A stretch of DNA of 64,000 bases, from assembly GCA_902806065.1 (NCBI GenBank), contig CADCVE010000089.1:5295-69294 (forward strand). The letters are read 5' to 3'. Of the stretch, positions 24,346 through 33,586 are shown piece by piece. The position numbers and the translations under genes are program-made. Positions within the stretch are counted from its first letter, which is position 1. Each line of letters begins with the position of its first letter. Below the pieces are notes generated by a model, which made no database searches, was not told where the DNA came from, and saw only the letters and a program-made list of their open reading frames with translations. This stretch comes from an uncultured Rubrobacteraceae bacterium (lineage in GTDB: Bacteria > Actinomycetota > Rubrobacteria > Rubrobacterales > Rubrobacteraceae).

Positions 24346-25896
24346 CTAGCGCCGGATGCTCGGGCCGACGCGTTTCATGGCGGTACGGAAGTCGTGGGTG
24401 GTGATGGAGAGGGTTCCGAGCTTGTGTGGTGTGATCCTCTTCTCGAAGTCGCGCAGGTTGATCGAACGCCGCATGCACACTAGCGCCGCCTCGCGGCACA
24501 ACGCCTCCAGGTCCGCCCCCGAGTAGTCGCGCGCAAGAGCAGCAACCTGCTTGAGGTCCACGTCCAGAGCCATCGGCATGTCTTCGGCGTGTATCTTCAA
24601 GATGTGCAGCCGCGCCTCCGCGTCGGGTAACCCTATCTCGATCTCGTGGTCGAAGCGGCCCGGACGCCGCAGCGCCGCGTCTAGCGCCGAAGGCCGGTTC
24701 GTCGTCGCGATGACGCAGACGCGCCCGAGGTCATTCATGCCATCCATGAGCGAGAGTAGCTGGGAGACGAGGGTCGCCTCGAAGCTCTCGCTCATCGCGT
24801 CGCGTGAGGAGGCGAAGGAGTCTATCTCGTCAAAGAGGATCACGGAAGGCGCCTTGGCCCGGGCCTCGGCGAAGATGTTCCGGAGGCGCGCCTCACTCTG
24901 GCCCCAGTATTTGTTGAGTATCTCCGGCCCCGCCACAGCTATAAAGTGCGCCCCACTCTCGTGGGCGACCGCGCGTGCGAGCAGGGTCTTGCCGGTCCCT
25001 GGCGGACCGTAAAACAGTATCCCCTTGTGCGGCCGGATGCCGAGCTTGTGAAAGATCTCCGGGTGCGTTATCGGCAACTCCACGGCCTCGCGCACCAGCG
25101 CTATGGTCTCGCGCATCCCACCGACGTCCTCGTAGCGAGTATCGGGCACGTTGCGGCTCCCCGGCGCCGCACCCGAAGCCGCCACGACCCCGGCCCCACC
25201 ACTCCTTACGCTCTTGGCGAGCCGCTCGAAGAGCCCCTCCCTCGGCTCCGGATCCACGGCCTCCTCAGGCGCAGCACCGTTATTCTTCGCAACGGTCCAG
25301 TTCGCCAGAGGCCCGCTACCCCTGTAGCGCCAGCTCTCGTCGCGATTCGGGTCGATCTCCTCGGGAAGACGAGCCAGTATCTCCGCCGTCCCATCGAAGT
25401 CCAGGACAGGGCAGCGCGCGCAGGACCCGAGGTCGGAGAGGATGCGCTCCGTCAGACCGTCCTTGTCGACCTTGAAGACGCCGTCATCGCCCATCTCTCC
25501 GAAGGTGTACCAGGAGTTCGTCGTGGCGTGGTCGTTATCGTAGACCCGGATCTGCTTGCACGGGAAGATCTGCTTGCTCCCGAGCTTCTTCGGCGTACAC
25601 CACTCCCGCGCCGACCGGCCCCGGCGCTGCTTGCGCAGGAAACACCCCAGCCCCCCGAAGAGCGCGTCCGCGCTCAACACCACGCCGTCCGCCGCGTACT
25701 CAGCCTCCCGCTCGCCTTGCAGCAGCGTTCGCAGGTCATCGAGAGGCCGCCAGTCCTCCGGCAGCACTAGCTCGACAGACGCTTTCGGGGGTCCCCCCGA
25801 CGTGCCGTTCTCGCCTTCGATCCGGTAAGATGGGTACCGGGCCGCGATGGAGGCAGCCCTTCCCAGAACGCCCTCGGTGCTTAGGGGAAATCTCAT
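24346..25896 (-). CDS. Single-domain CDC48/FtsH-type AAA+ ATPase with an unrecognised Cys-rich ~270-aa N-terminal region
   Basis: The C-terminal half has GILFYGPPGTGKTLLARAVA (Walker A), VILFDEIDS (Walker B), ATTNRPSALDAALRRPGRFD (SRH) and SGADLEALCREA. The N-terminal half matches no family I know. ATG 25896 is preferred over the track start 25947. Confidence 0.8.
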   Translation of the reverse strand: MRFPLSTEGVLGRAASIAARYPSYRIEGENGTSGGPPKASVELVLPEDWRPLDDLRTLLQGEREAEYAADGVVLSADALFGGLGCFLRKQRRGRSAREWCTPKKLGSKQIFPCKQIRVYDNDHATTNSWYTFGEMGDDGVFKVDKDGLTERILSDLGSCARCPVLDFDGTAEILARLPEEIDPNRDESWRYRGSGPLANWTVAKNNGAAPEEAVDPEPREGLFERLAKSVRSGGAGVVAASGAAPGSRNVPDTRYEDVGGMRETIALVREAVELPITHPEIFHKLGIRPHKGILFYGPPGTGKTLLARAVAHESGAHFIAVAGPEILNKYWGQSEARLRNIFAEARAKAPSVILFDEIDSFASSRDAMSESFEATLVSQLLSLMDGMNDLGRVCVIATTNRPSALDAALRRPGRFDHEIEIGLPDAEARLHILKIHAEDMPMALDVDLKQVAALARDYSGADLEALCREAALVCMRRSINLRDFEKRITPHKLGTLSITTHDFRTAMKRVGPSIRR

Positions 25897-25974
25897 CCTG
25901 ACCTTCACAAAAAGCGATTCTATCACCACGCAAGAGAAGACCGGCACGCGTATTGATCTACACGAGGAGGACGT

Positions 25975-26502
25975 ATGGCTGACAGAAAGAACCCGCCCGT
26001 CTCGACCCGTCGCGGCGACGACGGCACCACGACCCTCTTCGGCTCCGGTCGCATGTCCAAGAGCGATGCCCCTATCATCATTCTCGGCGACGTGGACGAG
26101 GCGAACTCCTTTATAGGTCTTGCTCGCGCGGATGCCGAGAGCGAGATGGCGGAGTTGCTGATCGGACTGCAGAGGCTCCTATACCGGATAATGGGCGACG
26201 TAGCCATGCCTGGAGAGGAGAACGCAGTTGATGAGAGCGACGTCGAGTACCTGGACGCGGCGCTGAAAGAGTGGCGGGACCGGACGGAGATCCCCCAAGA
26301 GTTCGTCATTCCCGGGGAGACGAGGCTCGGTGCCCTGCTCGACGTAGCCCGCTCGGTGACACGCCGCGCGGAGCGCAGCCTCGTCGTCGCCGGCTACGCT
26401 TCAGAGCACCCCTGCGCCCTAAAGGCCGTCAACCGCCTCTCCGACCTGCTCTTCGTCGTCGCCCGTAACGCCGACGGCAAGAACTCCCTCTCAAAGGGCT
26501 AG
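25975..26502 (+). CDS. PduO-type ATP:cob(I)alamin adenosyltransferase
   Basis: TRRGDDGTTTLFGSGRMSKSDAPIIILGDVDEANSFIGLA...IPGETRLGALLDVARSVTRRAER...NRLSDLLFV. Confidence 0.85.
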   Translation: MADRKNPPVSTRRGDDGTTTLFGSGRMSKSDAPIIILGDVDEANSFIGLARADAESEMAELLIGLQRLLYRIMGDVAMPGEENAVDESDVEYLDAALKEWRDRTEIPQEFVIPGETRLGALLDVARSVTRRAERSLVVAGYASEHPCALKAVNRLSDLLFVVARNADGKNSLSKG

Positions 26503-26541
26503 CCGGGCGCCGCGGGAACCTCGAACTCTAACTTCCTGGGT

Positions 26542-27600
26542 TTAGTTGTCGCCAGTAGGTCCGTGCTCGTCGGAGACTTCGTATTGAGCTTTGCCGCGCT
26601 GTTTGGCCTTGTACAGGGCCTCGTCCGCATAGCGCAGCAGGTCGTTGGGATCTTCTCCTCCGGATGGAGTGCTTGTAGCTATACCGATGCTGGTGGTGAC
26701 GGAGAGCTTGCACCCGCCGACACCGAACGGCTCCCGGAAGTCTTTTAGGATTCTACTAGCCACATAAGTCGCCTCGTCCGGGCCTCTGACATTTTGCAGC
26801 AGGATAGTGAATTCGTCTCCTCCAAGTCGCGCGACTGTGTCCTCGGAGCGCAGGCGATTCTGGAGCCGTCCGGCTACTGCTATAAGCAGCTCATCGCCCG
26901 CTGCGTGACCTAGGGAGTCGTTTACGAGCTTGAAGTCGTCGAGGTCCATAAAGAACACGGTGACAGAGCGCCTTTCCCTATCAGCGCGGGCAAGTGCCCT
27001 TTCGAGACGGTCGAGGAACAAGGCCCTGTTCGGGAGGCCGGTCAGGGAGTCGTGGAACGCCTGGTGCATCAACCGCTCTTCGACGGCCTTGCGCCCGGTG
27101 ATATCGTGCGCCGAGCCCAGGATCCTCCGCCGCCCTCCGTAACTTATAGAGCCCACGGTAACCTCCACCGGAAAGCTCGTGCCGTCCTTCCTCCAAAACT
27201 CTCCAACGTGGATGCCCACGGTCTTCCCCGGCTCGCCCGTCATGGCTAGCTGCCAGAGCGTGCCGCCCTTCTTCGCAGCTCGCTCCTCATCGGAGATTAA
27301 TTCGGTAGCGAAGTCCCTGACAGAGAGCGTGAGCATCTCCTCACGCGAGTAGCCCAGAGACCGGCACGCCTCGTAGTTGCAGTCGAGGATCCTCCCCGTC
27401 TCGTCATGCACGTACAGCCCGTCCGCGGACTGCTCGAAGAGCTGCCGGAAACGCTCCTCACTATCCCGCAACCTTTCCTCGACCCGCAAGCGAGCGTCGA
27501 CCTCGCGCTCCAACTCCTCCCGTAAGCGTCGGGGGTAAAGGAGGGACGCTACGGTACACTCGACAGCCGCCTCGACTATTGTTCTTAATCTTCCAATCAC
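26542..27600 (-). CDS. PAS-domain diguanylate cyclase (GGDEF)
   Basis: PAS: SEERFRQLFEQSADGLYVHDETGRILDCNYEACRSLGYSREE. GGDEF: DSLTGLPNR...FFMDLDDFKLVNDSLGHAAGDELL...ARLGGDEFTILL. I chose GTG 27600, 6 nt downstream of TATAAT. The track start 27870 would overlap the divergent LLM gene. Confidence 0.8.
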   Translation of the reverse strand: MIGRLRTIVEAAVECTVASLLYPRRLREELEREVDARLRVEERLRDSEERFRQLFEQSADGLYVHDETGRILDCNYEACRSLGYSREEMLTLSVRDFATELISDEERAAKKGGTLWQLAMTGEPGKTVGIHVGEFWRKDGTSFPVEVTVGSISYGGRRRILGSAHDITGRKAVEERLMHQAFHDSLTGLPNRALFLDRLERALARADRERRSVTVFFMDLDDFKLVNDSLGHAAGDELLIAVAGRLQNRLRSEDTVARLGGDEFTILLQNVRGPDEATYVASRILKDFREPFGVGGCKLSVTTSIGIATSTPSGGEDPNDLLRYADEALYKAKQRGKAQYEVSDEHGPTGDN

Positions 27601-27711
27601 GTCTTGATTATACGGTGCAACAGGGGAACACCTCGTGAGGTCCGGCGCCGCGGCTCGGGGTGGGGGTATGATGTGGGACGTTCTTTGGGAGAGGCTGATG
27701 AGGAGGCACTC

Positions 27712-28677
27712 GTGACGGTACAGTTCGGTGTGTTCGTTCCGCAGGGTTGGCGGATGGATCTGGTCGAGATAGAGGATCCTGTGGAACAGTACGAGGCGAT
27801 GACCCACGTGGCAAAGGTAGCCGAGGATAGCGGCGGGTACGACTCCATCTGGCTCTACGACCACTTCCACACCGTCCCGGAGCCGACGATGAACTCGGTC
27901 TTCGAGTGTTGGATGGCTACCGCCGGCCTCAGCCGCGACACCTCCAGCATCAAGATCGGGCAGATGGTCACCTGCAACGGCTACCGCAACCCGGCGCTAC
28001 TCACCAAGATGGCCTCCACGGCGGATGTGATGAGCAACGGGCGCCTCCTCTTTGGCCTCGGCGCCGGTTGGTACGAGCACGAGTGGCGGGCCTACGGCTA
28101 CGGTTTCCCCGAGGTGCCGGTGCGGATGCGCGCCTTCAAGGAAGCGTGTGAGATCATCCATCGCATGTGGGCCGAAGACGACGTCGTCTTCGACGGCGAG
28201 TTCTACAAGCTGGACAAGCCCATCAACGAACCAAAAGGTATCCAGAAACCGCACCCGTCGTTCTGGATCGGAGGCGGAGGCGAGAAGGTCACCCTGAAGC
28301 TCGTCGCCAGATGGGGAGACGCCTGCAACGTCGGTGGTGACGTCGAGAGGCTGAAGCATAAGTTCGAGGTGCTAAAAGGTCACTGTGAGGACGCCGGGCG
28401 GGATTACGAGGAGATCATCCGCTCCACCTCCATCAACGTCTACCTGCTAGAAGACGGCGAGGACCCCGCGGAGGCGACAAAAGAGGCTCGCGGTTCCAAG
28501 AGCTACGAAGAGTACAGCCAGCAGTACATGGTCGGCACCGCCGGGGAGATCTCCGAACGGTTGCAGCCGTTGGTCGAGGCCGGGGTGAACTACTTCATAA
28601 CCTACATGCCTCGCGTCGCCTACGATTCTACCCCCGTACAACACTTCGCCAAAGCGGTAATCCCCGAGTTCGCCTAG
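27712..28677 (+). CDS. LLM-class F420-dependent oxidoreductase
   Basis: VTVQFGVFVPQGWRMDL...YDSIWLYDHFHTVPEP...GRLLFGLGAGWYEHEWRAYGYGFP...KPHPSFWIGGGGEK. GTG 27712 follows GAGGAGG. Confidence 0.8.
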   Translation: MTVQFGVFVPQGWRMDLVEIEDPVEQYEAMTHVAKVAEDSGGYDSIWLYDHFHTVPEPTMNSVFECWMATAGLSRDTSSIKIGQMVTCNGYRNPALLTKMASTADVMSNGRLLFGLGAGWYEHEWRAYGYGFPEVPVRMRAFKEACEIIHRMWAEDDVVFDGEFYKLDKPINEPKGIQKPHPSFWIGGGGEKVTLKLVARWGDACNVGGDVERLKHKFEVLKGHCEDAGRDYEEIIRSTSINVYLLEDGEDPAEATKEARGSKSYEEYSQQYMVGTAGEISERLQPLVEAGVNYFITYMPRVAYDSTPVQHFAKAVIPEFA

Positions 28678-28689
28678 AAGAAGCCTCGT

Positions 28690-29061
28690 TCAGGCAGTCT
28701 TTTCTTTCTCTACCCATTCGGGCTCGGGAGTTATACAAGGCTCGGGTTTGCTACCGGGACCGTCGAGCCCCATTGAAGTCACGGTCATGGGTACGTGGAT
28801 CTTCATATCATGGTCGCAGAGTATTTGGCAGGAGAGTCTGACCTGGCCCGCCAGGTTCTTGGTCTGCAAGATCTCACGCTCGGCCTGCGTCATCTGCTCG
28901 GGCTCGCCTTCTACGTACTCGACGCGGCAAGTGGTGCATTTGGCATAGGCGCCGCAGCGGTGGAGGATATCCACGCTGGCATCCTCTTCTATCGCCAGCA
29001 CCAGACGCTTGCCATCCTCGACGTCGAACGCCCCAACTCCCTCCACCTCTAGCTTTGGCAT
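28690..29061 (-). CDS. 2Fe-2S ferredoxin-like protein
   Basis: HRCGAYAKCTTCRVEY...RLSCQI carries the Cys pattern of plant-type 2Fe-2S domains. Confidence 0.7.
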   Translation of the reverse strand: MPKLEVEGVGAFDVEDGKRLVLAIEEDASVDILHRCGAYAKCTTCRVEYVEGEPEQMTQAEREILQTKNLAGQVRLSCQILCDHDMKIHVPMTVTSMGLDGPGSKPEPCITPEPEWVEKEKTA

Positions 29062-29236
29062 CCGCTCCTCCTCGAAATAGCTTTCACAAGTCAGTCATCA
29101 GCGGTCAGCAAGAAATCAGAGAGCCGGCGGCCGAGACCTGACGGCTATTCAACCACGACGGTCGATCCGGCGCGAGTAGGCAGTTCGTAGAGACCTGCTT
29201 CCCAAGAAAGGTGTCGATAGTTTAAACTGCTGCGGT

Positions 29237-29617
29237 ATGAGTGAGGAGATGTATATGGGAGATGGGCCACCTTCTGTAAGGGTAGAGAAGCCCTGGGGCA
29301 GATTCGAGCAGTACACGCACAACCTCCCCAGCACGGTCAAAGTCATCACCGTCGATCCTGGCGGCACGCTCTCGCGCCAGTACCACCACCGCCGCGACGA
29401 GCTCTGGGTCGTCCTCGATCCTGGCGCGAGCGTCGAGCTTGGCGATGATATCCTCTACCCCGCCCCCGGAGAGAAGCTGTACATCCCGAGAGAGACAGTC
29501 CACAGGCTCTCGTGTGCCGGAGATCAACCGGTGAGGATCTTGGAGGTCTCCTTCGGGGAGTTCGACGAGGAAGACATCATCCGCCTCGAAGACGTCTACG
29601 GCCGTGTGGGACCGTAA
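29237..29617 (+). CDS. Cupin (mannose-6-phosphate isomerase type II C-terminal-like)
   Basis: VEKPWGRFEQYTHN...VKVITVDPGGTLSRQYHHRRDELWVVL...IPRETVHRL. Confidence 0.7.
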   Translation: MSEEMYMGDGPPSVRVEKPWGRFEQYTHNLPSTVKVITVDPGGTLSRQYHHRRDELWVVLDPGASVELGDDILYPAPGEKLYIPRETVHRLSCAGDQPVRILEVSFGEFDEEDIIRLEDVYGRVGP

Positions 29618-29629
29618 AGCGGCCGGTGG

Positions 29630-30574
29630 GTGAGCTTTAAGCCGGAGAACGGGAACCGCGACGATTCGCAAGGCGTCTCCCCGCAAAGCGGCTCCTCCGG
29701 AAGCCCTCCCGACGAGCGGTACCCGGAGACGCAGAATTCCCCGGAAGAGGAAGGACGGCGCGGAGGGCGCCTTGGTGGTCGTCCGGATCGCGGTTTAGTT
29801 CCCGTGGTAGTCGTTGGGCTACTGCTGCTGGCGCTTGTCGTCGGCGGGATCCTTTTGTGGCTCTCGTACGGGGACCGGGCCGGTGGCGCGAGCGTCTACG
29901 AGGACTCGATCGAGTCCGGGTCGGAGCCTGTGGTGCGCCTCATGAACGGGCCGGGCCGGGTCCGCATCGAAGGCGTCGAAGGACAGGAGAACGTGGAGAT
30001 CAGCGCGAGGAGGTATGCTCGTGGCCGCAACCCCGCCGTCGCGAAGGAGAACGCCGCTGACGTTCCGGTAAACATCAGCAACGAAGGCTCGGCTATCGAG
30101 CTCTCCTCGGACGGTGGCCGCGGAACCGGTGTCGACTACGATCTCAGAGTGCCGTCCGGGAGCACGGTCGAGGTCGAGTCGGAGGCGGGTGACGTAGAGG
30201 TCTCGGGGCTGGACAACACCGTTACTGTGCTTGCCAGGAGCGGGGATGTCTCCGTCGAAGATATTCAGGGTTCCATAGGGATCGAGTCGCAAGCCGGAGA
30301 CGTGACGGTCGGACCGGTAAGCACGGAGACCGGGAACGCCGAGATCAACGTCGGCTCCGGCGACCTGACGCTCACGGACCTCGTCGTGGGCATCCTGGAA
30401 GCGCACGTCGAGGCCGGCGACGTCGCCCTCCTGGGCCGCTTCTCCGGTAGTGGCAGCGTCTCCGTGGAGACGGGCAGCATAGACGTCCGGCTCCCCTCCG
30501 AAGACGCCAAAGACCTCACCTTCGAGGCCCGCGTGGGCCAGGTCTCGCGCGATGACGAGCAGGAACCGGAGTAG
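29630..30574 (+). CDS. DUF4097-type repetitive beta-solenoid (putative adhesin) with an N-terminal TM anchor
   Basis: Repeated GDV.V/SGDV units: AGDVEVSGLDNTVTVLARSGDVSVEDIQGSIGIESQAGDVTVGP...GSGDLTL...AGDVAL. Confidence 0.7.
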   Translation: MSFKPENGNRDDSQGVSPQSGSSGSPPDERYPETQNSPEEEGRRGGRLGGRPDRGLVPVVVVGLLLLALVVGGILLWLSYGDRAGGASVYEDSIESGSEPVVRLMNGPGRVRIEGVEGQENVEISARRYARGRNPAVAKENAADVPVNISNEGSAIELSSDGGRGTGVDYDLRVPSGSTVEVESEAGDVEVSGLDNTVTVLARSGDVSVEDIQGSIGIESQAGDVTVGPVSTETGNAEINVGSGDLTLTDLVVGILEAHVEAGDVALLGRFSGSGSVSVETGSIDVRLPSEDAKDLTFEARVGQVSRDDEQEPE

Positions 30575-30580
30575 CGTCCG

Positions 30581-31204
30581 ATGCCACGTTGGGGCAGACG
30601 CCAGGGCGGACATGAGAACGGGCGCCAGGGTGGGGTTTCGGGCTACCACTCGCAGGAGGGTTTCGGGAAGGTACTGCGCGAGGTGTGGCTCGCGCCGGGC
30701 CGCTTCTTCAGCCGGCTCGACCCGGAGGGCGGACCCTCGAGGCCCGCACTCTTCGCCACCGCCGTGTTCTACCTTAACCTGCTACTCGGGCAACTTCTCA
30801 AGGTAGCATGGAACCGCGAGTTCAATTACGGGCTCTTGACCGCGGCTCTCCCCGGGCTCGTCGTGGCGCTCATCCTGGCGCCCCTGCTCGTCGCGGGCCT
30901 TACGATGCTCGTCCTCACTATCCTCGATGGTGCCCCCTCCAGGCGCAAGTTCGGCCCCGTGTTCCGCGCCCTGGGATATGCCATGGCTATCGGGTTCGTA
31001 CTCTGGATCCCCTTCGCCCCCTTCATCGCTCTACCCTACGGCCTCTACGTGGCCACCGTCGCCGTCAAGGAAGTGCTATTCATAAGCTGGAGGCGCGCGG
31101 CCACCGCCGCCCTTGTCCCTCTGGGTGCAGTGCTCCTGATAGCCCTACTCCTCACCGGCTTTGAGGAAGCCTACCAACTCCTCATCAACCCACCGGGAGA
31201 ATAA
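30581..31204 (+). CDS. Yip1-domain membrane protein
   Basis: VLREVWLAPGRFFSRLDPEGGPSRPALFATAVFYLNLL followed by 4-5 TM segments. Confidence 0.6.
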   Translation: MPRWGRRQGGHENGRQGGVSGYHSQEGFGKVLREVWLAPGRFFSRLDPEGGPSRPALFATAVFYLNLLLGQLLKVAWNREFNYGLLTAALPGLVVALILAPLLVAGLTMLVLTILDGAPSRRKFGPVFRALGYAMAIGFVLWIPFAPFIALPYGLYVATVAVKEVLFISWRRAATAALVPLGAVLLIALLLTGFEEAYQLLINPPGE

Positions 31205-31246
31205 CGCCCCGCATACTACGGGGAGCGCGGACCGAAACCCCTCGCA

Positions 31247-32425
31247 CTACCCGGACAGCGACTCTAGCGCCAGAGCCGTCAGCAGCGCCGCTCCCTGCGA
31301 CAGTATCTCCTCATCGAAGGCAAACTGTGGCGTGTGGAGGCCGGAGACGTCCCCGACACCGAGCCACACAAACGCGCCCGGCACTTTTTCCAGGAAGAAC
31401 GAGAAGTCCTCGCCGCCCATCGAGGGGTGGACGAGCTCCTCGGCGCTCTCCTTCCCGAAGAGCTCCCCGGCTACGCCGAGGGCCAGCTTCGCCGCGCCAG
31501 CGTCGTTTATAGTGACGGGGTAAGAGAATTTGTAGTCCAGCTCGGCGTCGCCGCGCATGCCCTTCGCCACACCTTTCGCGAGTTCTTCGATGCGTTCCGG
31601 CATTCTGTTGCGAAGGGCGGCGTCGAGGGTACGGACGGTGCCACCTAGATGGGCCGTCTCGGGGATGATGTTGAACGCGCTTCCCGCCCCGATCTCCCCG
31701 ACCGTCAACACCGCGGGCTCCACCGGATTCACCTCCCTAGAGACGATAGTCTGCAGTGCCGTCACGACCTGAGCGGCGATAACGATAGCGTCCGCCGCCA
31801 GGTGCGGCATTGCGCCGTGGCCGCCCGATCCCCTGACCGTCATCTCGAAGGCATCAGCGGCGGCCATTATAGGACCGCCCTTCGTCGCCGCGACACCGAA
31901 CGGCAACCCCGGCCACAAGTGCAACGCGAAGATCGAATCTACGTCGTTCACGACACCTTCCTCGACCATCACCCGGCCCCCGCCGCCGCCCTCCTCGGCG
32001 GGCTGGAAGACGAACTTGACGGTGCCGTTCAACCGGTCCCGCATCCCCGACAGTGCTTTCGCGGCACCAACGAGCATGCTCGTGTGCCCATCGTGGCCGC
32101 AGGCGTGCATCTTGCCGTCCGTGCCGGAGGCGAACGGCAGATCCGTCTCTTCGTGGATCGGCAAGGCGTCCATATCGGCCCGTAGAGCTACGGTCGGTCC
32201 GTCCCCCTCGCCCTTTAGGGTGGCGACGATACCGTTCTCGGCGACACCGGTCTGTATCTCCAGCGGCAGGCCTTCGAGGGCGGCGAGTACCTTCTCAGCA
32301 GTCTTTATAGTGTCGAAGCCAAGCTCTGGTTCTTTGTGAATCTCACGTCTGAGGGCCACTATGTCCTCACCGAAGCCGTCCCGGACTTCCTCCACGAGGC
32401 CGCTGAAGCTCTGAGCAACGTCCAC
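31247..32425 (-). CDS. M20D-family amidohydrolase (N-acyl-amino acid / hippurate hydrolase-like)
   Basis: LRREIHKEPELGFDT...VALRADMDALPI...MHACGHDGHT...FVFQPAEEGGGG. Confidence 0.85.
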   Translation of the reverse strand: MDVAQSFSGLVEEVRDGFGEDIVALRREIHKEPELGFDTIKTAEKVLAALEGLPLEIQTGVAENGIVATLKGEGDGPTVALRADMDALPIHEETDLPFASGTDGKMHACGHDGHTSMLVGAAKALSGMRDRLNGTVKFVFQPAEEGGGGGRVMVEEGVVNDVDSIFALHLWPGLPFGVAATKGGPIMAAADAFEMTVRGSGGHGAMPHLAADAIVIAAQVVTALQTIVSREVNPVEPAVLTVGEIGAGSAFNIIPETAHLGGTVRTLDAALRNRMPERIEELAKGVAKGMRGDAELDYKFSYPVTINDAGAAKLALGVAGELFGKESAEELVHPSMGGEDFSFFLEKVPGAFVWLGVGDVSGLHTPQFAFDEEILSQGAALLTALALESLSG

Positions 32426-32472
32426 GACATCTCCTCTCTACCTGCTACTTTGGATCTCTACTGGCGGATATT

Positions 32473-32931
32473 CTACCGAGTAACGCCACTGACGCCGATG
32501 CCCCACTCCGAGACGAGGTTCCCGCCGAGGAACCCTGTGACACCGAGCACGGCTAACCCTACAAGGGCAATTGCCAGATACGGCAGCGTCCCCCCGACAT
32601 CCGAGCTGCGCCGCAGAGAACGCCACCGCCATACTGCAAGCCCGGCGAAGATAGCTGTCGTGCCAAAGGCCAGAAACTGGTGAGGTTCTATCGCCGCGAG
32701 GAGGATGGGGTCGTCTTCGTAGGCCAGATGCGCAACGAGCCCCGTAACGGTCGCCGCGATTGCCCCGAGCGTCCCAAGAACCAGTAGCAGCCACGCGGTA
32801 GAGCGCAGGTACGGCCTCTTTCCCGCGACAGCGTCCAGGATCACGCTCACGAACAGCAGTGCGATCGGAAAATGGTTGGTCGCCCCGTGCGCGTGGTTGA
32901 TCATGTTCTCGAAGGTAAAGAAGTCGCTCAC
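32473..32931 (-). CDS. DUF2231-domain membrane protein
   Basis: HAHGATNHFPIALLFVSVILD followed by 4 TM segments. Confidence 0.7.
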   Translation of the reverse strand: MSDFFTFENMINHAHGATNHFPIALLFVSVILDAVAGKRPYLRSTAWLLLVLGTLGAIAATVTGLVAHLAYEDDPILLAAIEPHQFLAFGTTAIFAGLAVWRWRSLRRSSDVGGTLPYLAIALVGLAVLGVTGFLGGNLVSEWGIGVSGVTR

Positions 32932-33050
32932 TGCCGCCTCTCCTCTCTAGACGATCACGCAATAGAGTGTACAACGGTGATACATCCGAGGAAGCTGTTT
33001 CGCTCCTCAAGGAGTCTTGAAGCGGAACAGCAGCAGCGCCGCGATAGCAG

Positions 33051-33500
33051 TCAAGCAGATCCCTCGTTCTCCTCCGTGCCGCTTGCACGGCTGCAAACGC
33101 GCTCGAACTCCGCGTCGAACAGCTCCCAGAGCTCGTCCTCCGTGATCCCCAGCCCCACCGCATCACGCACCAAAGATCCAAGCCGCCCGTAAAAAGCCTC
33201 TAGCTGCTGCTCGCGCACTGCCTCTTCACTCCGCGTCAAGACTACCGTACCAACCCCGGGTCGGCTCTCTATCAACCCCATCCGCTGCAACTCGTTGTAC
33301 GCCTTCACCACAGTGTTCGGCGCAACCTTTAACTCCCCAGCAAGACCACGTACCGTAGGTAACCTCTCCCCAGACTCCAACGTACCAACCTCCAACGCAC
33401 GCCTCACCCCCTCCACAAGCTGCACGTAGATCGGCACCCCACTCCGCGCGTCAACCTCCATCCATAAAGTCATACTCTGCTCTTCTCTAGTCTGTATCAT
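33051..33500 (-). CDS. GntR-family (YtrA-like) transcriptional regulator
   Basis: PIYVQLVEGVRRALEVGTLESGERLPTVRGLAGELKVAPNTVVKAYNELQRMGLIESRPGVGTVV. Confidence 0.8.
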   Translation of the reverse strand: MIQTREEQSMTLWMEVDARSGVPIYVQLVEGVRRALEVGTLESGERLPTVRGLAGELKVAPNTVVKAYNELQRMGLIESRPGVGTVVLTRSEEAVREQQLEAFYGRLGSLVRDAVGLGITEDELWELFDAEFERVCSRASGTEENEGSA

Positions 33501-33586
33501 ATTTATGCTATAAGGTTACATCCTGCCGTGCGTCTGTCAAGAAGAAAGTAGAGGTAAGAGAGCGGGCATCGTTGTGGTAAGGATAG

